Shown here: positions 63,903 through 64,000 of the stretch, one piece after another
How positions within the stretch are numbered: the first letter of the stretch is position 1
Layout of the letters: every line of letters starts with the position of its first letter
Source of the DNA: Candidatus Marinacidobacterales bacterium
GTDB lineage: Bacteria > Acidobacteriota > Vicinamibacteria > Marinacidobacterales > SMYC01
Direction of reading: 5' to 3'
NCBI GenBank assembly: GCA_965237955.1
Contig: OZ250169.1
Coordinates: 4,736,001-4,800,000 of the forward strand
Length of the DNA: 64,000 nucleotides
Notes under the pieces: generated by a model
What the model saw: the letters and a program-made list of their open reading frames with translations, nothing else
What the model was told of the DNA's origin: nothing
Database searches by the model: none
Program-made: the position numbers and the translations under genes

Positions 63903-64000
63903 TCCCCTGTATCAGAAAAAAATAGACAAAGTAGAGCTTGCCGAAACCCTTCTAAGTGCATGAAGCTTATGAATCTTATGGGCTGGCGAAAAGCCTAACT
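63899..64000. mobile_element. MITE copy 2 (runs off the window)
   Basis: 97 of 102 nt identical to 55612-55713; starts at CTAG. Confidence 0.85.

Overview
GC-rich bacterial chromosome segment, most likely Acidobacteriota. This is an inference from the FolD insertion, an ADOP-permease remnant, and gene order. Housekeeping operons look intact: ribBA; ffh-rpsP-khpA-rimM-trmD-rplS; ldcA-mpl; rplM-rpsI-rpsB-tsf-pyrH-frr; accBC-folD-coaE; kdsB-pyrG-kdsA-kdsD-kdsC-lapAB; plus tRNA-Ala(CGC). Interleaved with them is a Myxococcus-like type IVa pilus, polarity and Ser/Thr-signalling gene set: SgmX-like TPR protein, roadblock protein, PP2C, PEGA kinase, FHA proteins, pilM, pilBTC, pilSR. Main signals: (1) the gene-breaking lesions I could find (nonsense codon, tandem duplications, deletions, frameshifts) and the insertions (IS200, IS21, ISL3, two MITE copies) are concentrated in or just upstream of the pilus/signalling genes, so co-decay may outline an undescribed pilus-associated regulon; (2) the ISL3 carries a ~480-bp non-coding end that folds into long strand-specific stems built from DnaA-box-like repeats around an AT-rich stretch; (3) a 133-bp CTAG-targeting MITE is present twice. 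All calls come from reading the sequence only; no database searches were run.
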